Assembly: GCA_963765675.1 (NCBI GenBank)
Contig: CAVXXK010000003.1
Location: 480,001 to 544,000 of the forward strand
Length of the DNA: 64,000 bases
Direction: 5' to 3'
Source: an uncultured delta proteobacterium
GTDB taxonomy: Bacteria; Desulfobacterota; Binatia; Binatales; Binataceae
Below the pieces are notes generated by a model. It saw only the letters and a program-made list of their open reading frames with translations, ran no database searches and had not been told where the DNA came from. Each line of letters starts with the position of its first letter. The stretch's first letter is position 1. A program made the translations under genes and the position numbers. Shown in pieces: positions 37,656 to 47,527 of the stretch.

Positions 37656-38672
37656 CTAGTGCGCGAACTCGACCAGCACCTTGGCGCGCGCACCGGGGTT
37701 TCTCAGCGCCTCGAACATTTCGGGAACTTTCTCGACCGCGACCACGTCGGTGATCATCGGTTTCGGATCGATCTTTCCCGAAGCGATCGCCGCGATAGTT
37801 TCGTTGAACTCGGCGCGGTTGTATCCAACGATAAATTCGAGGCCGACTTCCTTGAACAGGCAGGTCAGCGGAGTGATCTGGTCGGGCTCCATGCACGCCC
37901 CAAGAATGACGACGCGGCCGTGAAGCCCTACCATGTCGATCGCGGAGCTGAGCGTGGTTTTGACGCCGATACATTCGAAGACCACGTCGGGCAGGCGCCC
38001 GGTGAGCTCGGCGACTTTCCTGGCGGGACTTTCCTCTTTCGGATTGACCACCGCCGCCGCGCCGAGTTTCAGCGCGAGATCTTTGCGTCCCATCGCGAGC
38101 TCCGAGACGACGACCTTCGCGCCTTTGGCGGCGGCCCAGATGGTCGCCGAAAGTCCGATCGGTCCCGCGCCCATCACGACCACGCCCATCCCCGGCTGAA
38201 GATTCGCGCGATTGACTCCATGCAGTCCGACCGAGAGCGGCTCGACCAGAGCGCCCTCGCGGGAACTCACGTTGTCGGGGAGCCTCAGCAGGCTCGACGC
38301 GCCGCACATCACGAATTCCGCATAGCCTCCCGGCAGTTGCCCAAGCCCGAGGCCGCGGATGCGCTCGCAATGCATCCCGTCGTCGCGGCGGCATCGCTCG
38401 CATTCGCCGCAGGAGATGAACGGCAGCGCGGTCACACGCTCGCCCTTCTTAAAGCCGGTCACGCCTGCGCCGAGCTCGTGGATCTCTCCGCAAAACTCGT
38501 GGCCCATCACAGTGTCGGGCCGAAGCCCCATCCCGTATTGCACGGCGTGCAGGTCGGAGCCGCAGATACCGCAGTTGTGAACCTTCAAGACGACTTCACC
38601 AGCGCCCGCTTTCGGCGCGGGAACGTCGATCACCGCCATTTGATTGAGCTGTTTGAAGACCGCGGCTTTCAT
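37656..38672 (-). CDS. Zinc-dependent MDR alcohol dehydrogenase
   Basis: CGSDLH, GHE, CGECERC..C and GAGPIG motifs. Confidence 0.93.
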   Translation of the reverse strand: MKAAVFKQLNQMAVIDVPAPKAGAGEVVLKVHNCGICGSDLHAVQYGMGLRPDTVMGHEFCGEIHELGAGVTGFKKGERVTALPFISCGECERCRRDDGMHCERIRGLGLGQLPGGYAEFVMCGASSLLRLPDNVSSREGALVEPLSVGLHGVNRANLQPGMGVVVMGAGPIGLSATIWAAAKGAKVVVSELAMGRKDLALKLGAAAVVNPKEESPARKVAELTGRLPDVVFECIGVKTTLSSAIDMVGLHGRVVILGACMEPDQITPLTCLFKEVGLEFIVGYNRAEFNETIAAIASGKIDPKPMITDVVAVEKVPEMFEALRNPGARAKVLVEFAH

Positions 38673-38694
38673 CTGTGAATCCTCCGCAGGCGTC

Positions 38695-39090
38695 TTATGC
38701 GGCAGCGCGTTTTTGCTCGATCAGCTCGATTTTGTACCCGGTCGGATCTTCGATAAACGCGATCGGCGTGCTGCCGTGCTTCATCGGACCGGGCTCGCGC
38801 ACGACCTTGACGCCCTTCGCTTTCAGATCGGTGCAAGTCTGGTAGATATCGTCGACGCCGATCGCGAGATGCCCAAACGCGCTGCCGATTTCGTATTTCG
38901 AGGTACCCCAGTTGTAGGTCAGCTCGACGACGGTCTGGTCGCGCTCCTCACCGTAGCCAACGAAGGCGAGCGTGAACTCGCCGCCGGGAAAATCATTCTT
39001 GCGCAAGAGCTTCATTCCGAGCTTGTTGCAGTAGAAGTCGAGCGATTCGTCCAGGTTCGCCACTCTGATCATCGTGTGCAGCAGGCGCAT
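38695..39090 (-). CDS. gloA: Lactoylglutathione lyase (glyoxalase I)
   Basis: MRLLHTMIRV, ELTYNW, FGHLAIGV and AFIEDPTGYKIELI motifs. Confidence 0.95.
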   Translation of the reverse strand: MRLLHTMIRVANLDESLDFYCNKLGMKLLRKNDFPGGEFTLAFVGYGEERDQTVVELTYNWGTSKYEIGSAFGHLAIGVDDIYQTCTDLKAKGVKVVREPGPMKHGSTPIAFIEDPTGYKIELIEQKRAAA

Positions 39091-39097
39091 CGCGGTT

Positions 39098-39391
39098 TTA
39101 CCTCCGGGTTTTGCCTTGATCAGCGCCGGGCTTGCGCCGCGCGGCGATCGCCTTGTCGAGTGCGCCGCTGATCTCGTTGAAGAGATCCTCGGTCGGCGCG
39201 AAGCCCTGCTCTTTCATCTTGGCGACAAGATCGCGCCGCCCGATTTCGAGCATCTCGAGCGCTTCATGCTCATGCAGCCGCTTCGATCGCACCAGGTCGA
39301 GAATCGCGAGTTCGCGCACGCGCGCGCGAAAATCAGCTTCCGGAAACTGATCGTCAAAGACGTCAGCAGGCAGTTCGATTTTGAGCTCCAT
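39098..39391 (-). CDS. UPF0175 family protein (putative antitoxin)
   Basis: MELKIELP...VRELAILDLV....EALEMLEIGRRDL pattern. Confidence 0.6.
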   Translation of the reverse strand: MELKIELPADVFDDQFPEADFRARVRELAILDLVRSKRLHEHEALEMLEIGRRDLVAKMKEQGFAPTEDLFNEISGALDKAIAARRKPGADQGKTRR

Positions 39392-39564
39392 GGCGGTTAT
39401 GCCCCGACTTTCCGCGATCGCCAAAATGAAGTCAAACTCGCCGACGGTCTGTCTGAACATCTCTTCGCTTGCTGGTGCGTTTGAAGATCAGCGTGACGTT
39501 CGTACCGTGGATCATTCGCGTGCTATCGAAATGACAGATGCCGGCTTCAGCCGAGCCCCCAACC

Positions 39565-39680
39565 GTCATTCCGAGCCCTGGGCGAGGAATCCCGAGGCGG
39601 CCATGCTCCGAGCCTCGCTGGATGCGGCGGCCCGTCGTTCGGGATTCCTCGCGCGCGGCAGCCACGCGCGCGGGAATGAC
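39565..39680. repeat. REP-like long palindrome (second repeat family)
   Basis: GTCATTCCG..GCGAGGAATCCCGA.....TCGGGATTCCTCGC..CGGGAATGAC nested inverted repeats. Confidence 0.75.
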
Positions 39681-39802
39681 ACCATTGACCGACGGTTCAG
39701 AGACTCTTGGCGAATGAGCCCGATGTATGCGATTTCTATTGGCGGGGAACCACTCAAATCCGGGGCAGGTGACACGCAAATTCGCCGCCTCAGGAGGGGA
39801 TC

Positions 39803-40987
39803 ATGGATTTCAATTACAGCGCTGAAGACGAGAACTTCCGCACCGAATTCCGCGCGTGGCTCGAAGCGAACAAGCAGTTCGCACCGCATCGCGCCGAAGT
39901 GATGGGCGATGAAGGCGGCAGCGGATGGGACGCGCAAGTGCGCTGGGCCAAAAAACTCAGCGAGGGACGCTGGCTCGCCGTCAATTGGCCCAAGGAATAC
40001 GGCGGGCGCAGCCTGAGCGTGATGCAGACGATCATCTACAACGAGGAGCTCGCGCGCGCGGGGCTCGCCGCGCCGATGATCGGAATGGGCATCAGCCTGC
40101 TCGGGCCGACGCTGATTCATTGGGGCACCGACGAGCAGAAGCAGCAACATATTCCGAAGATCCTGAAGGCCGAGGAAATCTGGTGCCAGGGATATTCGGA
40201 GCCCGGCTCGGGCTCGGACCTCGCGTCGCTGCAGACCCGCGCGGTCGAAGACGGCGACGACTACGTCGTCAACGGGCAGAAGGTATGGACCTCGGCGGCG
40301 CAGCACGCGGACTGGATTTTCCTGCTGACGCGGACCGATCCCGCAGCGCCGAAGCACAAGGGTATCAGCTATCTGCTGGTCGATATGAAATCTCCGGGAG
40401 TGACCGTGCGTCCACTGGTGCAGATCACCGGCGGCCGCGGTTTCAACGAAGTTTTTTTCGAAGACGTGCGCGTGCCGAAGAAAAATCTGGTCGGCGAGAA
40501 GAACGCCGGATGGCAGGTCGCGATCACGACGCTGATGTTCGAGCGATCGGGCGGCGGCGGAGATCGCGGCGCGATGTTCCAGGTGCGCGAGCTGGTCAAT
40601 CTTGCCAAGAAGCTTCCGCGCGATGGGAAGACCGCGTGGGACGACGCCGGCGTGCGCCAGAAAATCTCAGAGTTCGCGTGCGAGGCTTACGCGCTCAAGT
40701 ACACCGGCTATCGGCAGCTCACGCGGCGGCTCAAGGGGATGCCGCCGGGACCGGAGGGCTCGATGATGAAGCTGTGCGGCACGGAGCTTAATCTGCGCAT
40801 GCAGCTCTTTGCGATGGAGCTGCTCGGGCCGTACTCGCAATTCGAGTATCACGCGCCGATGGCTATCGATCACGGCAAGTGGTCATTCCGGATGCTCGCG
40901 GCGCGCGGCGGTACAATCGCGGCCGGTACCAATCAGATTCAGCACAATATAATCGGCGAACGCGTCCTCGGCCTGCCAAAGGGTTGA
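39803..40987 (+). CDS. Acyl-CoA dehydrogenase (paralog 1)
   Basis: WCQGYSEPGSGSDLA, NGQKVWTS, FNEVFF, LMFER and IIGERVLGLPK motifs. Confidence 0.95.
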   Translation: MDFNYSAEDENFRTEFRAWLEANKQFAPHRAEVMGDEGGSGWDAQVRWAKKLSEGRWLAVNWPKEYGGRSLSVMQTIIYNEELARAGLAAPMIGMGISLLGPTLIHWGTDEQKQQHIPKILKAEEIWCQGYSEPGSGSDLASLQTRAVEDGDDYVVNGQKVWTSAAQHADWIFLLTRTDPAAPKHKGISYLLVDMKSPGVTVRPLVQITGGRGFNEVFFEDVRVPKKNLVGEKNAGWQVAITTLMFERSGGGGDRGAMFQVRELVNLAKKLPRDGKTAWDDAGVRQKISEFACEAYALKYTGYRQLTRRLKGMPPGPEGSMMKLCGTELNLRMQLFAMELLGPYSQFEYHAPMAIDHGKWSFRMLAARGGTIAAGTNQIQHNIIGERVLGLPKG

Positions 40988-41034
40988 GACCTCGCTGGGT
41001 TGCAGGAAGACTGCATCAAGAGGAATGATCACGC

Positions 41035-42219
41035 ATGGATTTCAATTACACGCCTGAAGACGAAGCCTTTCGCAGCGAGTTGCGCACCTGGCTCGAAGCC
41101 AACAAAAAGTTCGCTCCCGCGCCGAGCAATATCATGGCCAACGAGGGCGAAGGCGAGTGGGAAGCGCGCGTGCGCTGGCATAAGAAGCTCAACGAGGGCG
41201 GCTGGGTGGCGGTCAATTGGCCCAAGCAGTACGGCGGACGCGGAGCCAGCGTGATGCAGCGGCTCATCTTTCGCGAGGAGCTTTCGCGCCTGGGCCTCAA
41301 CGAACCGTTCATCGGCATGGGCATCAGCCTGCTCGGCCCGACGCTGATGCATTGGGGAACCGAAGCGCAGAAACAGAATCATCTGCCGAAAATCCAGAAG
41401 GGCGAAGAAGTCTGGTGCCAAGGCTATTCCGAACCGGGCGCGGGCTCCGACCTTGCCGGATTGCAGACGCGCGCGGTCGAGGACGGCGACGACTTCGTCG
41501 TCAACGGACAGAAAGTGTGGACCTCGATGGCGCAGCATGCGGACATGATTTTCCTGCTGGTGCGCACCGATCCCTCCGCGCCGAAGCATAAGGGGATCAG
41601 CTACCTGCTGGTCGATATGCATAGCCCCGGAATCACGGTGCGTCCGCTGGTCCAAATCACCGGCGGCAAGGGGTTCAACGAAGTATTTTTCGAAGACGTG
41701 CGCGTGCCGCGCAAGAATATCGTCGGCGAGCTGAACAACGGATGGCAAGTCGCGATGACCACGCTGATGTTCGAGCGCGGCGGTGGCGGCGGCGAAAACG
41801 CGCTCGGCGAGGTTCAGGAGCTGGTCGATCTGGCCAAGCGGCTTCCGCGTAACGGCGCAACCGCGTGGGACGATTCGAGCGTGCGCCAGAAAGCGGCGGA
41901 GTTCGCGGCCGACGCCCTCGCGCTCAAGTACACCGGCTATCGCCAGTTGACGCGCCAGCTAAAGGGGATGCCGCCGGGGCCGGAAGGCTCGATGATGAAG
42001 CTGTGCAGCACCGAGCTCGGACTGCGCATCGCGCTGTTTGCGATGGAACTCCTCGGGCCGTACAGCCAGCTCGAGTTCGGCGCGCCGTTCTCGGTCGACA
42101 AGGGCAAGTGGTCATTCCGGATGTTGTCCGCGCGCGGACCGACAATCTACGCCGGCACCAATCAGATCCAGCACAACATCATCGGCGAGCGAGTGCTCGG
42201 GCTGCCGAAGGGATCGTAA
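41035..42219 (+). CDS. Acyl-CoA dehydrogenase (paralog 2)
   Basis: Same motifs as paralog 1 and highly similar throughout. Confidence 0.95.
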   Translation: MDFNYTPEDEAFRSELRTWLEANKKFAPAPSNIMANEGEGEWEARVRWHKKLNEGGWVAVNWPKQYGGRGASVMQRLIFREELSRLGLNEPFIGMGISLLGPTLMHWGTEAQKQNHLPKIQKGEEVWCQGYSEPGAGSDLAGLQTRAVEDGDDFVVNGQKVWTSMAQHADMIFLLVRTDPSAPKHKGISYLLVDMHSPGITVRPLVQITGGKGFNEVFFEDVRVPRKNIVGELNNGWQVAMTTLMFERGGGGGENALGEVQELVDLAKRLPRNGATAWDDSSVRQKAAEFAADALALKYTGYRQLTRQLKGMPPGPEGSMMKLCSTELGLRIALFAMELLGPYSQLEFGAPFSVDKGKWSFRMLSARGPTIYAGTNQIQHNIIGERVLGLPKGS

Positions 42220-42243
42220 GCTAGTTCGATTTGAGAAGATTTC

Positions 42244-42268
42244 GGGCGGTCTTTGGACCGCCCTTTTT
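42244..42268 (+). terminator. Rho-independent terminator
   Basis: GGGCGGTC-TTTG-GACCGCCC-TTTTT. Confidence 0.85.
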
Positions 42269-42309
42269 GCCGGACGCTCGGCGCAAGCGCGAAATCTTCG
42301 TTCCCTCTT

Positions 42310-43638
42310 CTACACCGCGCTGGCGAGGGAGCCAGGCGCGATCGCCGATGCGATATCGCGCGCGAGGCGCGGAGCATCTTCGACCGCGAGCGCCGCGACC
42401 GTCGCGCGGATTCCCGGCGCGGCGCGAATCCGGAAGCGCTCACCCGCACGGAGCGCCCACTTTGACGCGGCAAGCGACTGGATTGCGCCCGATTCGTCCT
42501 GCACCGGAATCCATACGTTCAAGCCCGAGCGTCCCTGCGCCTTGATTCCATGCTCCGCGAGCGCGTCGATCAACGCATGGCGGCGCTCGCTATAGGTATC
42601 GGCGGCGCGGCGGACCAGCTTCGTGATCTTCGGGTCGGACCACATCACGGCGAGCAGTTCCTGCAGCACGTGACTGACCCATCGCGGGCCGAGCCGCTGC
42701 ATCCCTTCGACGCGCGCGATTGTCAGCGCGTCTCCGGTGGCAAAGGCGATTCTCAAATCGGGACCGAGCGCTTTGGAGACCGAGCGGATAACCGCCCACC
42801 GTTCGCGCCGCGGATCGATCGCGGAAACCGCGGGCACGCCGGAGACCGCGCCGGCGAAATCGTCCTCGACGATCAGCACCTCGGGGTGGCCAGCGAGTAT
42901 CTCCGCGAGTTCGCGCGCGCGGCGGCGGTCAAACGCGGCGCCGGTAGGGTTCTGCGCGCGCGGCGTGAGGACCATCGCCTGCGCGCCCGCGCGCAGCGCA
43001 GCCGCAACCGCGGCGGGCGTGGCCCCGAACTCGTCCATCGCAATCGGCTCGGCAACGTAGCCGAGTGCTGCGATCAAATCGAGCGTGCCACTGTAGCTCG
43101 GATCCTCGACTCCGACGATATCGCCCGGGCGCAGATGGGCCGCGAGAATCCGCTCGAGCGCGTCCATCGCGCCGCTCAAGATCGCGATCGCCTTCGCGCC
43201 GATCCCGTCAGCCGCGAATTGCCGCGCCGCAATGCGCAGCAGATCGGCGCGATTCGCTTCGCCGCCATAGAGCAACTGCCCGCCTTCAATTCGCGCGAGC
43301 GCGTCCTTGAGCGACGGAAGCATCGCGGGGTCGGGGTTCCCGTTGGCGAGGTCGCGCACTCCCGCCGGCGTTGCCGGAGCCGACGGTATCGCCAGCGCGG
43401 GCCGGTGGTTGACCGCCGTGCCGCGCCTGCCGCTGCCGCGCACGAGGCCGCGCACGCGCAGAGTTTGGTAGGCGGCGGCCACGGTGGTGGGGCTGACGCC
43501 GAGGCGGTTCGCGAGCCCGCGGATGGGCGGCAAACGGTCGTTGACTTTCAGGCGTCCGGCGCGAATCGCGTCCTCGACGCTGGCGGCGATCTGGTTGCCT
43601 GATTTTCCTTTGATCTGATAATGTACTGATACGTTCAT
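42310..43638 (-). CDS. MocR/GabR family PLP-dependent GntR regulator
   Basis: RLPPIRGLA..LGVS..TV HTH; VEDP, AQNPTG, VEDD and RSVSK (PLP Lys). Confidence 0.93.
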   Translation of the reverse strand: MNVSVHYQIKGKSGNQIAASVEDAIRAGRLKVNDRLPPIRGLANRLGVSPTTVAAAYQTLRVRGLVRGSGRRGTAVNHRPALAIPSAPATPAGVRDLANGNPDPAMLPSLKDALARIEGGQLLYGGEANRADLLRIAARQFAADGIGAKAIAILSGAMDALERILAAHLRPGDIVGVEDPSYSGTLDLIAALGYVAEPIAMDEFGATPAAVAAALRAGAQAMVLTPRAQNPTGAAFDRRRARELAEILAGHPEVLIVEDDFAGAVSGVPAVSAIDPRRERWAVIRSVSKALGPDLRIAFATGDALTIARVEGMQRLGPRWVSHVLQELLAVMWSDPKITKLVRRAADTYSERRHALIDALAEHGIKAQGRSGLNVWIPVQDESGAIQSLAASKWALRAGERFRIRAAPGIRATVAALAVEDAPRLARDIASAIAPGSLASAV

Positions 43639-43664
43639 TAGTTTGTACTGTTACATATTATACA
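43622..43664. promoter_or_regulatory. Candidate MocR-type operator
   Basis: Direct repeats TGTACTGATAC (43622) and TGTACTGTTAC (43644), 22 bp apart, plus a degenerate third unit, in the divergent promoter. Confidence 0.6.
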
Positions 43665-43677
43665 AAGGAACCCGGAA

Positions 43678-44821
43678 ATGGAAGAGCCGCGCCGCACGCC
43701 CCGAACCACCGTCAAACGGATGGCCAAACGCGCCGCCTACGACCTCGAGGTTATCCACTCGATCCTCGACCGAGCACTGGTCTGCCACGTAGGCTTCGTC
43801 GCCGGCGGCGCTCCTTCGGTCCTGCCGACACTGCATGCGCGGATCGAGGATCGCCTGTTCCTGCACGGCTCGGCCGCAAGCCACATGCTCCGCACCGCAG
43901 CCGAAGGCGCCGAGATCTGCGTGACCGTGACTATGATTGACGGGCTGGTGCTCGCGCGCTCCGCGTTTCATCATTCGGTAAATTACCGCTCTGCCGTGAT
44001 CTTCGGCCGTGCCCAGCGGGTCGATGATCGAGAACGCAAGCTCGCCGCGATGCGCGCGCTGGTCGAGCACGTCGCACCCGGAAGATGGGCCGGCACGCGC
44101 GCACCCAACGAGAAGGAAATCAGTGGTACACTCATTTTGGAATTGCCGATCGAAGAGACCTCGGCAAAGATTCGCACCGGCGGTCCGATCGATGACGAGG
44201 CCGACTATGCTCTGCCGTTCTGGGCCGGCGTGATTCCCCTGACGCTCGCCGCATCGACCCCGATCGCCGATCCGCGGATGGACCGCTCGATTGAAATGCC
44301 GTCGGCACGTCTTCGAATACCGCACGCCTGACGAGCGCGCTCTCGGTCTCGCCCACGACGGCGCGCCGTTGGAGCAGCGTGTCGGCGAATTTCTGATTAC
44401 AACCGACGTCTCTCGACTCGACCTTAACGTGATCCACCGGTTCCTGACCGGCAGCTATTGGGCCGCCGAGATTCCGCGCGAGGTCGTCGCGCGGGCGCTC
44501 AAGAACTCGCTCTGCTTCGGTCTCTATGACGGCGATGCGCAAATCGGTCTCGCGCGAGTGGTGACGGACTATGCGACCTTCGCGTACGTCGCCGACGTGT
44601 TCGTGCTCGAGGAGTATCGCGGACGCGGACTCTCGAAAGCCCTGATGACGGCCGTGCTCGCGCATCCTCATCTGCAAGGACTGCGGCGCTGGACGCTGGC
44701 GACGCGCGACGCGCACGGACTCTATCGCAAGTTCGGATTCGAGACGCCGCGCTTGCCCGATCGCCAGATGGAACGGGCGGACCTGGAGGTTTATCGGCGC
44801 AGATCGGCGGGCGCCAAGTAG
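43678..44821 (+). CDS. Probable fused PNPOx-like (NimA) flavin-binding / GNAT acetyltransferase protein, +1 frameshift at about 44304
   Basis: LVLARSAFHHSVNYRS domain followed by a GNAT domain (ARVVTDY..DVFVLEEYRGRGL..LYRKFGF). The GNAT ORF has no good independent start; removing one G gives the continuous MPSHVFEYRTPDER. Confidence 0.75.
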
Positions 44822-44849
44822 CCTCGTCGATTGATGGAAGGAGGAAGAA

Positions 44850-45518
44850 ATGTACATTCCGAAACCCTTCGAGATAACCGAGACGCGCACACTGCACGAA
44901 TTTATCCAGGCGCACAGCTTCGCCACGATCGTGTCGAACAGTGCGGATGACATGCTCGCTTCGCACGTTCCACTGGCGCTCAATCATGCCGGCGGCGCAA
45001 ATGCGTCGCTCGCCGGCCACTTTGCGCGCGCAAACCAGCATTGGCGCGCACTCGAGCGAAGTGGACAGTGCCTCGTGATTTTCGGCGGGCCGCATTCGTA
45101 TATCTCGCCCAGCTGGTACGCGAATTCTCCCGCGGTACCGACCTGGAACTACGCCGCGGTGCATGTGTATGGAAAGATGAGGATCATAGACGATGCCGCG
45201 TGGGTGGCCGGTCTGCTTGACCGGATGATCGCGATCTACGAAGCGCCGCAAGCGCGGCCGTGGCCCGGACTCCTGCCGGTGGAGTTCCGCGCCAAGCTCA
45301 CCGAAGCGATCGTGGGCTTCGAGATTCAGATCGATCGAATCGAGGGCAAGTTCAAGCTCGGGCAGAATCGCCCACTCGAAGATCAGCGTGGCGCCCTGCG
45401 CGAGCTCGAGCGCAGCGGCGACGCGGCGGCGCGAGAACTCGCTTCGATGGTGCGGCGGCATCTGGGAATTGCCGCTGGCGACGGTGATCATCGCGCAGAG
45501 ATCGGCACGGCGAAATGA
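44850..45518 (+). CDS. PaiB family FMN-binding protein
   Basis: MYIP, GHFARAN, YISPSWY, VPTWNY and GKFKLGQN motifs. Confidence 0.92.
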   Translation: MYIPKPFEITETRTLHEFIQAHSFATIVSNSADDMLASHVPLALNHAGGANASLAGHFARANQHWRALERSGQCLVIFGGPHSYISPSWYANSPAVPTWNYAAVHVYGKMRIIDDAAWVAGLLDRMIAIYEAPQARPWPGLLPVEFRAKLTEAIVGFEIQIDRIEGKFKLGQNRPLEDQRGALRELERSGDAAARELASMVRRHLGIAAGDGDHRAEIGTAK

Positions 45519-45675
45519 CTTTTCGCGGCGGCGGCGCGCCGTCGGGCGATTTGCCGTAGCTTGCGCCGCTTTCAGCGCGAGGCTTATATAACATCCGTTA
45601 GGTCCTTAACCGGCCGACGCCGCTCGCGCGGCCAGGTTACGATTCGCTGGGACCGCGATCGGAGGTCTTCATCAG

Positions 45676-46875
45676 ATGGATTTCAAATTCAGCGCCGAGG
45701 ATGAGTCGTTCCGCCAGACACTGCGCTCGTGGCTCAAAGCCAACGCGCCCAAGCGCGAGCACAGTCCTGATGAGGACCTCGGTCCGATGAGCGAGTCGGG
45801 CGGCGACGACTGGAAGCATCGGTTGCAATGGCACAAGAAGATGCACGAGGGCGGCTGGGTCGGAATCAGTTGGCCAAAGGAATACGGCGGGCGCGGCGCA
45901 ACCATCACACAGCAGCTCATCTACAACGAGGAGATGAACAAGGCCAACACGCCGCAGCTCGTCAACGGACTCGGCATCATGTTGGTCGGTCCCACCCTGA
46001 TCCACTGGGGCACCGAAGAACAGAAGAAGCGCTACGTTCCGAAGATCCTGTCGGGCGAGGAAATCTGGTGCCAGGGCTATTCTGAGCCGGGCTCGGGCTC
46101 CGACGTCGCGTCGCTGCAGACTAAAGCCGTCGAAGAGGGTGACTACTTTATCGTCAACGGCCAGAAGGTCTGGACTTCCGACGCGCATCACGCGGATTAC
46201 TGCATCCTGCTGACCCGCACCGATCCGAGCGCGCCCAAGCACAAGGGAATCAGCTATATCATCGTCGATATGCACTCGCCCGGCGTGACCGTTCGTCCGC
46301 TGGTGCAGATCACGGGCGACGCGAATTTCAACGAAGTGTTTTTCGAGGACGTAAAAGTCCCGAAGAAAAACCTGGTCGGCGAAAAGAACCAGGGATGGCA
46401 GGTCGCGATCACCACGCTGATGTTCGAGCGGTCCGGAATCGGCGGCGGACGCGACATGCTCGGCGAGGTGAAGGATCTCGCGCATCTCGCGCGCGCGGTG
46501 CAACTGAACGGCCGCAGCGCGTGGGAGCATTCGAGCGTCCGGCAGAAGATCGGCGCATTCGCGTCGGAGGCGCTCGGGCTCAAATACACCGGCTATCGCC
46601 AACTGACGCGGCGGCTCAAGGGACTTCCGCCGGGCCCGGAAGGATCGGTGCTCAAGCTCGGCGCCAGCGAGCTTAATCTAAAGATGAACAAGTTCGCGAT
46701 GGAGTTGCTCGGGCCCTACTCGCAGATGGAGTTCAAGGCGCCGTTCGCGGTCGACAAGGGCAAGTGGTCGTACCGGATGCTGGCGTCGCGCGCACTGACT
46801 ATCGCCGGCGGCACCAGTGAGATTCAGCATAATATCATAGGCGAACGCGTTCTGGGGCTGCCCAAAGGTTATTGA
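45676..46875 (+). CDS. Acyl-CoA dehydrogenase (paralog 3)
   Basis: WCQGYSEPGSGSDVA, LMFER and GGTSEIQ motifs. Confidence 0.95.
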   Translation: MDFKFSAEDESFRQTLRSWLKANAPKREHSPDEDLGPMSESGGDDWKHRLQWHKKMHEGGWVGISWPKEYGGRGATITQQLIYNEEMNKANTPQLVNGLGIMLVGPTLIHWGTEEQKKRYVPKILSGEEIWCQGYSEPGSGSDVASLQTKAVEEGDYFIVNGQKVWTSDAHHADYCILLTRTDPSAPKHKGISYIIVDMHSPGVTVRPLVQITGDANFNEVFFEDVKVPKKNLVGEKNQGWQVAITTLMFERSGIGGGRDMLGEVKDLAHLARAVQLNGRSAWEHSSVRQKIGAFASEALGLKYTGYRQLTRRLKGLPPGPEGSVLKLGASELNLKMNKFAMELLGPYSQMEFKAPFAVDKGKWSYRMLASRALTIAGGTSEIQHNIIGERVLGLPKGY

Positions 46876-46897
46876 ACGCGCGGGTTTGAAAAAGCGG

Positions 46898-46929
46898 AAA
46901 AAGGGCAGCCCGACCTGGCTGCCCTTTTT
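46898..46929 (+). terminator. Rho-independent terminator
   Basis: AAAAAGGGCAGCC-loop-GGCTGCCCTTTTT. Confidence 0.85.
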
Positions 46930-46969
46930 GTTTGCGAAAGACGCGCACGGCGCGCAAGGAAGAGCTCCG

Positions 46970-47521
46970 ATGGAAGGAAAGCTGGTCAGGCTTCGCGGCT
47001 ACGAGAGAACCGATCTGGACGCGGTCATGAAGTGGATCAACGACGAGGAAGTGACCCAATTCCTCGGCGGCGAGATCCTGGCGCTCCCGCAATCGTCGAT
47101 CGCGGAGATGAAATTCATCGAAGCCTCGGCCGGACGTGTGCCGTCATCGGCGGACCAGTCGTTCGTTATCGAGACGCTCGCGGACCGTAAATATCTGGGC
47201 GGCGTCGCCTTCCATGCGATCAACTGGCACAACCGCGCCGCCGGAGTCGGAATTGTCATCGGCGACAAGAGCTACTGGGGCCGAGGTTACGGGAGCGACG
47301 CGATGCGCGTGCTGATGCGAATCGGATTCGACAAGCTCAATCTGCATCGCCTGTGGCTGCACGTTTACGATTTCAATCAGCGCGCGATCGCATCGTACGA
47401 GAAGTGCGGCTTCAAACGCGAGGGCGTGCTGCGCAAGGAGCGCTTCCACAAGGGAAGCTATTGCGACACGATCGTGATGGGAATTCTCGCTGACGAGTAC
47501 CGCGCGATGAATCAGCAGTAG
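46970..47521 (+). CDS. RimJ/RimL-type GNAT N-acetyltransferase
   Basis: YWGRGYG and NQRAIASYEKCGFKREG motifs. Confidence 0.92.
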   Translation: MEGKLVRLRGYERTDLDAVMKWINDEEVTQFLGGEILALPQSSIAEMKFIEASAGRVPSSADQSFVIETLADRKYLGGVAFHAINWHNRAAGVGIVIGDKSYWGRGYGSDAMRVLMRIGFDKLNLHRLWLHVYDFNQRAIASYEKCGFKREGVLRKERFHKGSYCDTIVMGILADEYRAMNQQ

Positions 47522-47527
47522 GCTGCT

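Noticed and set aside
40900-40945. Loss of the catalytic Glu in ACAD paralogs 1 and 2 (GTNQ versus GTSE)
   Set aside because: That position is not the catalytic base; the LCAD-type Glu in LMFER is retained in all three paralogs.
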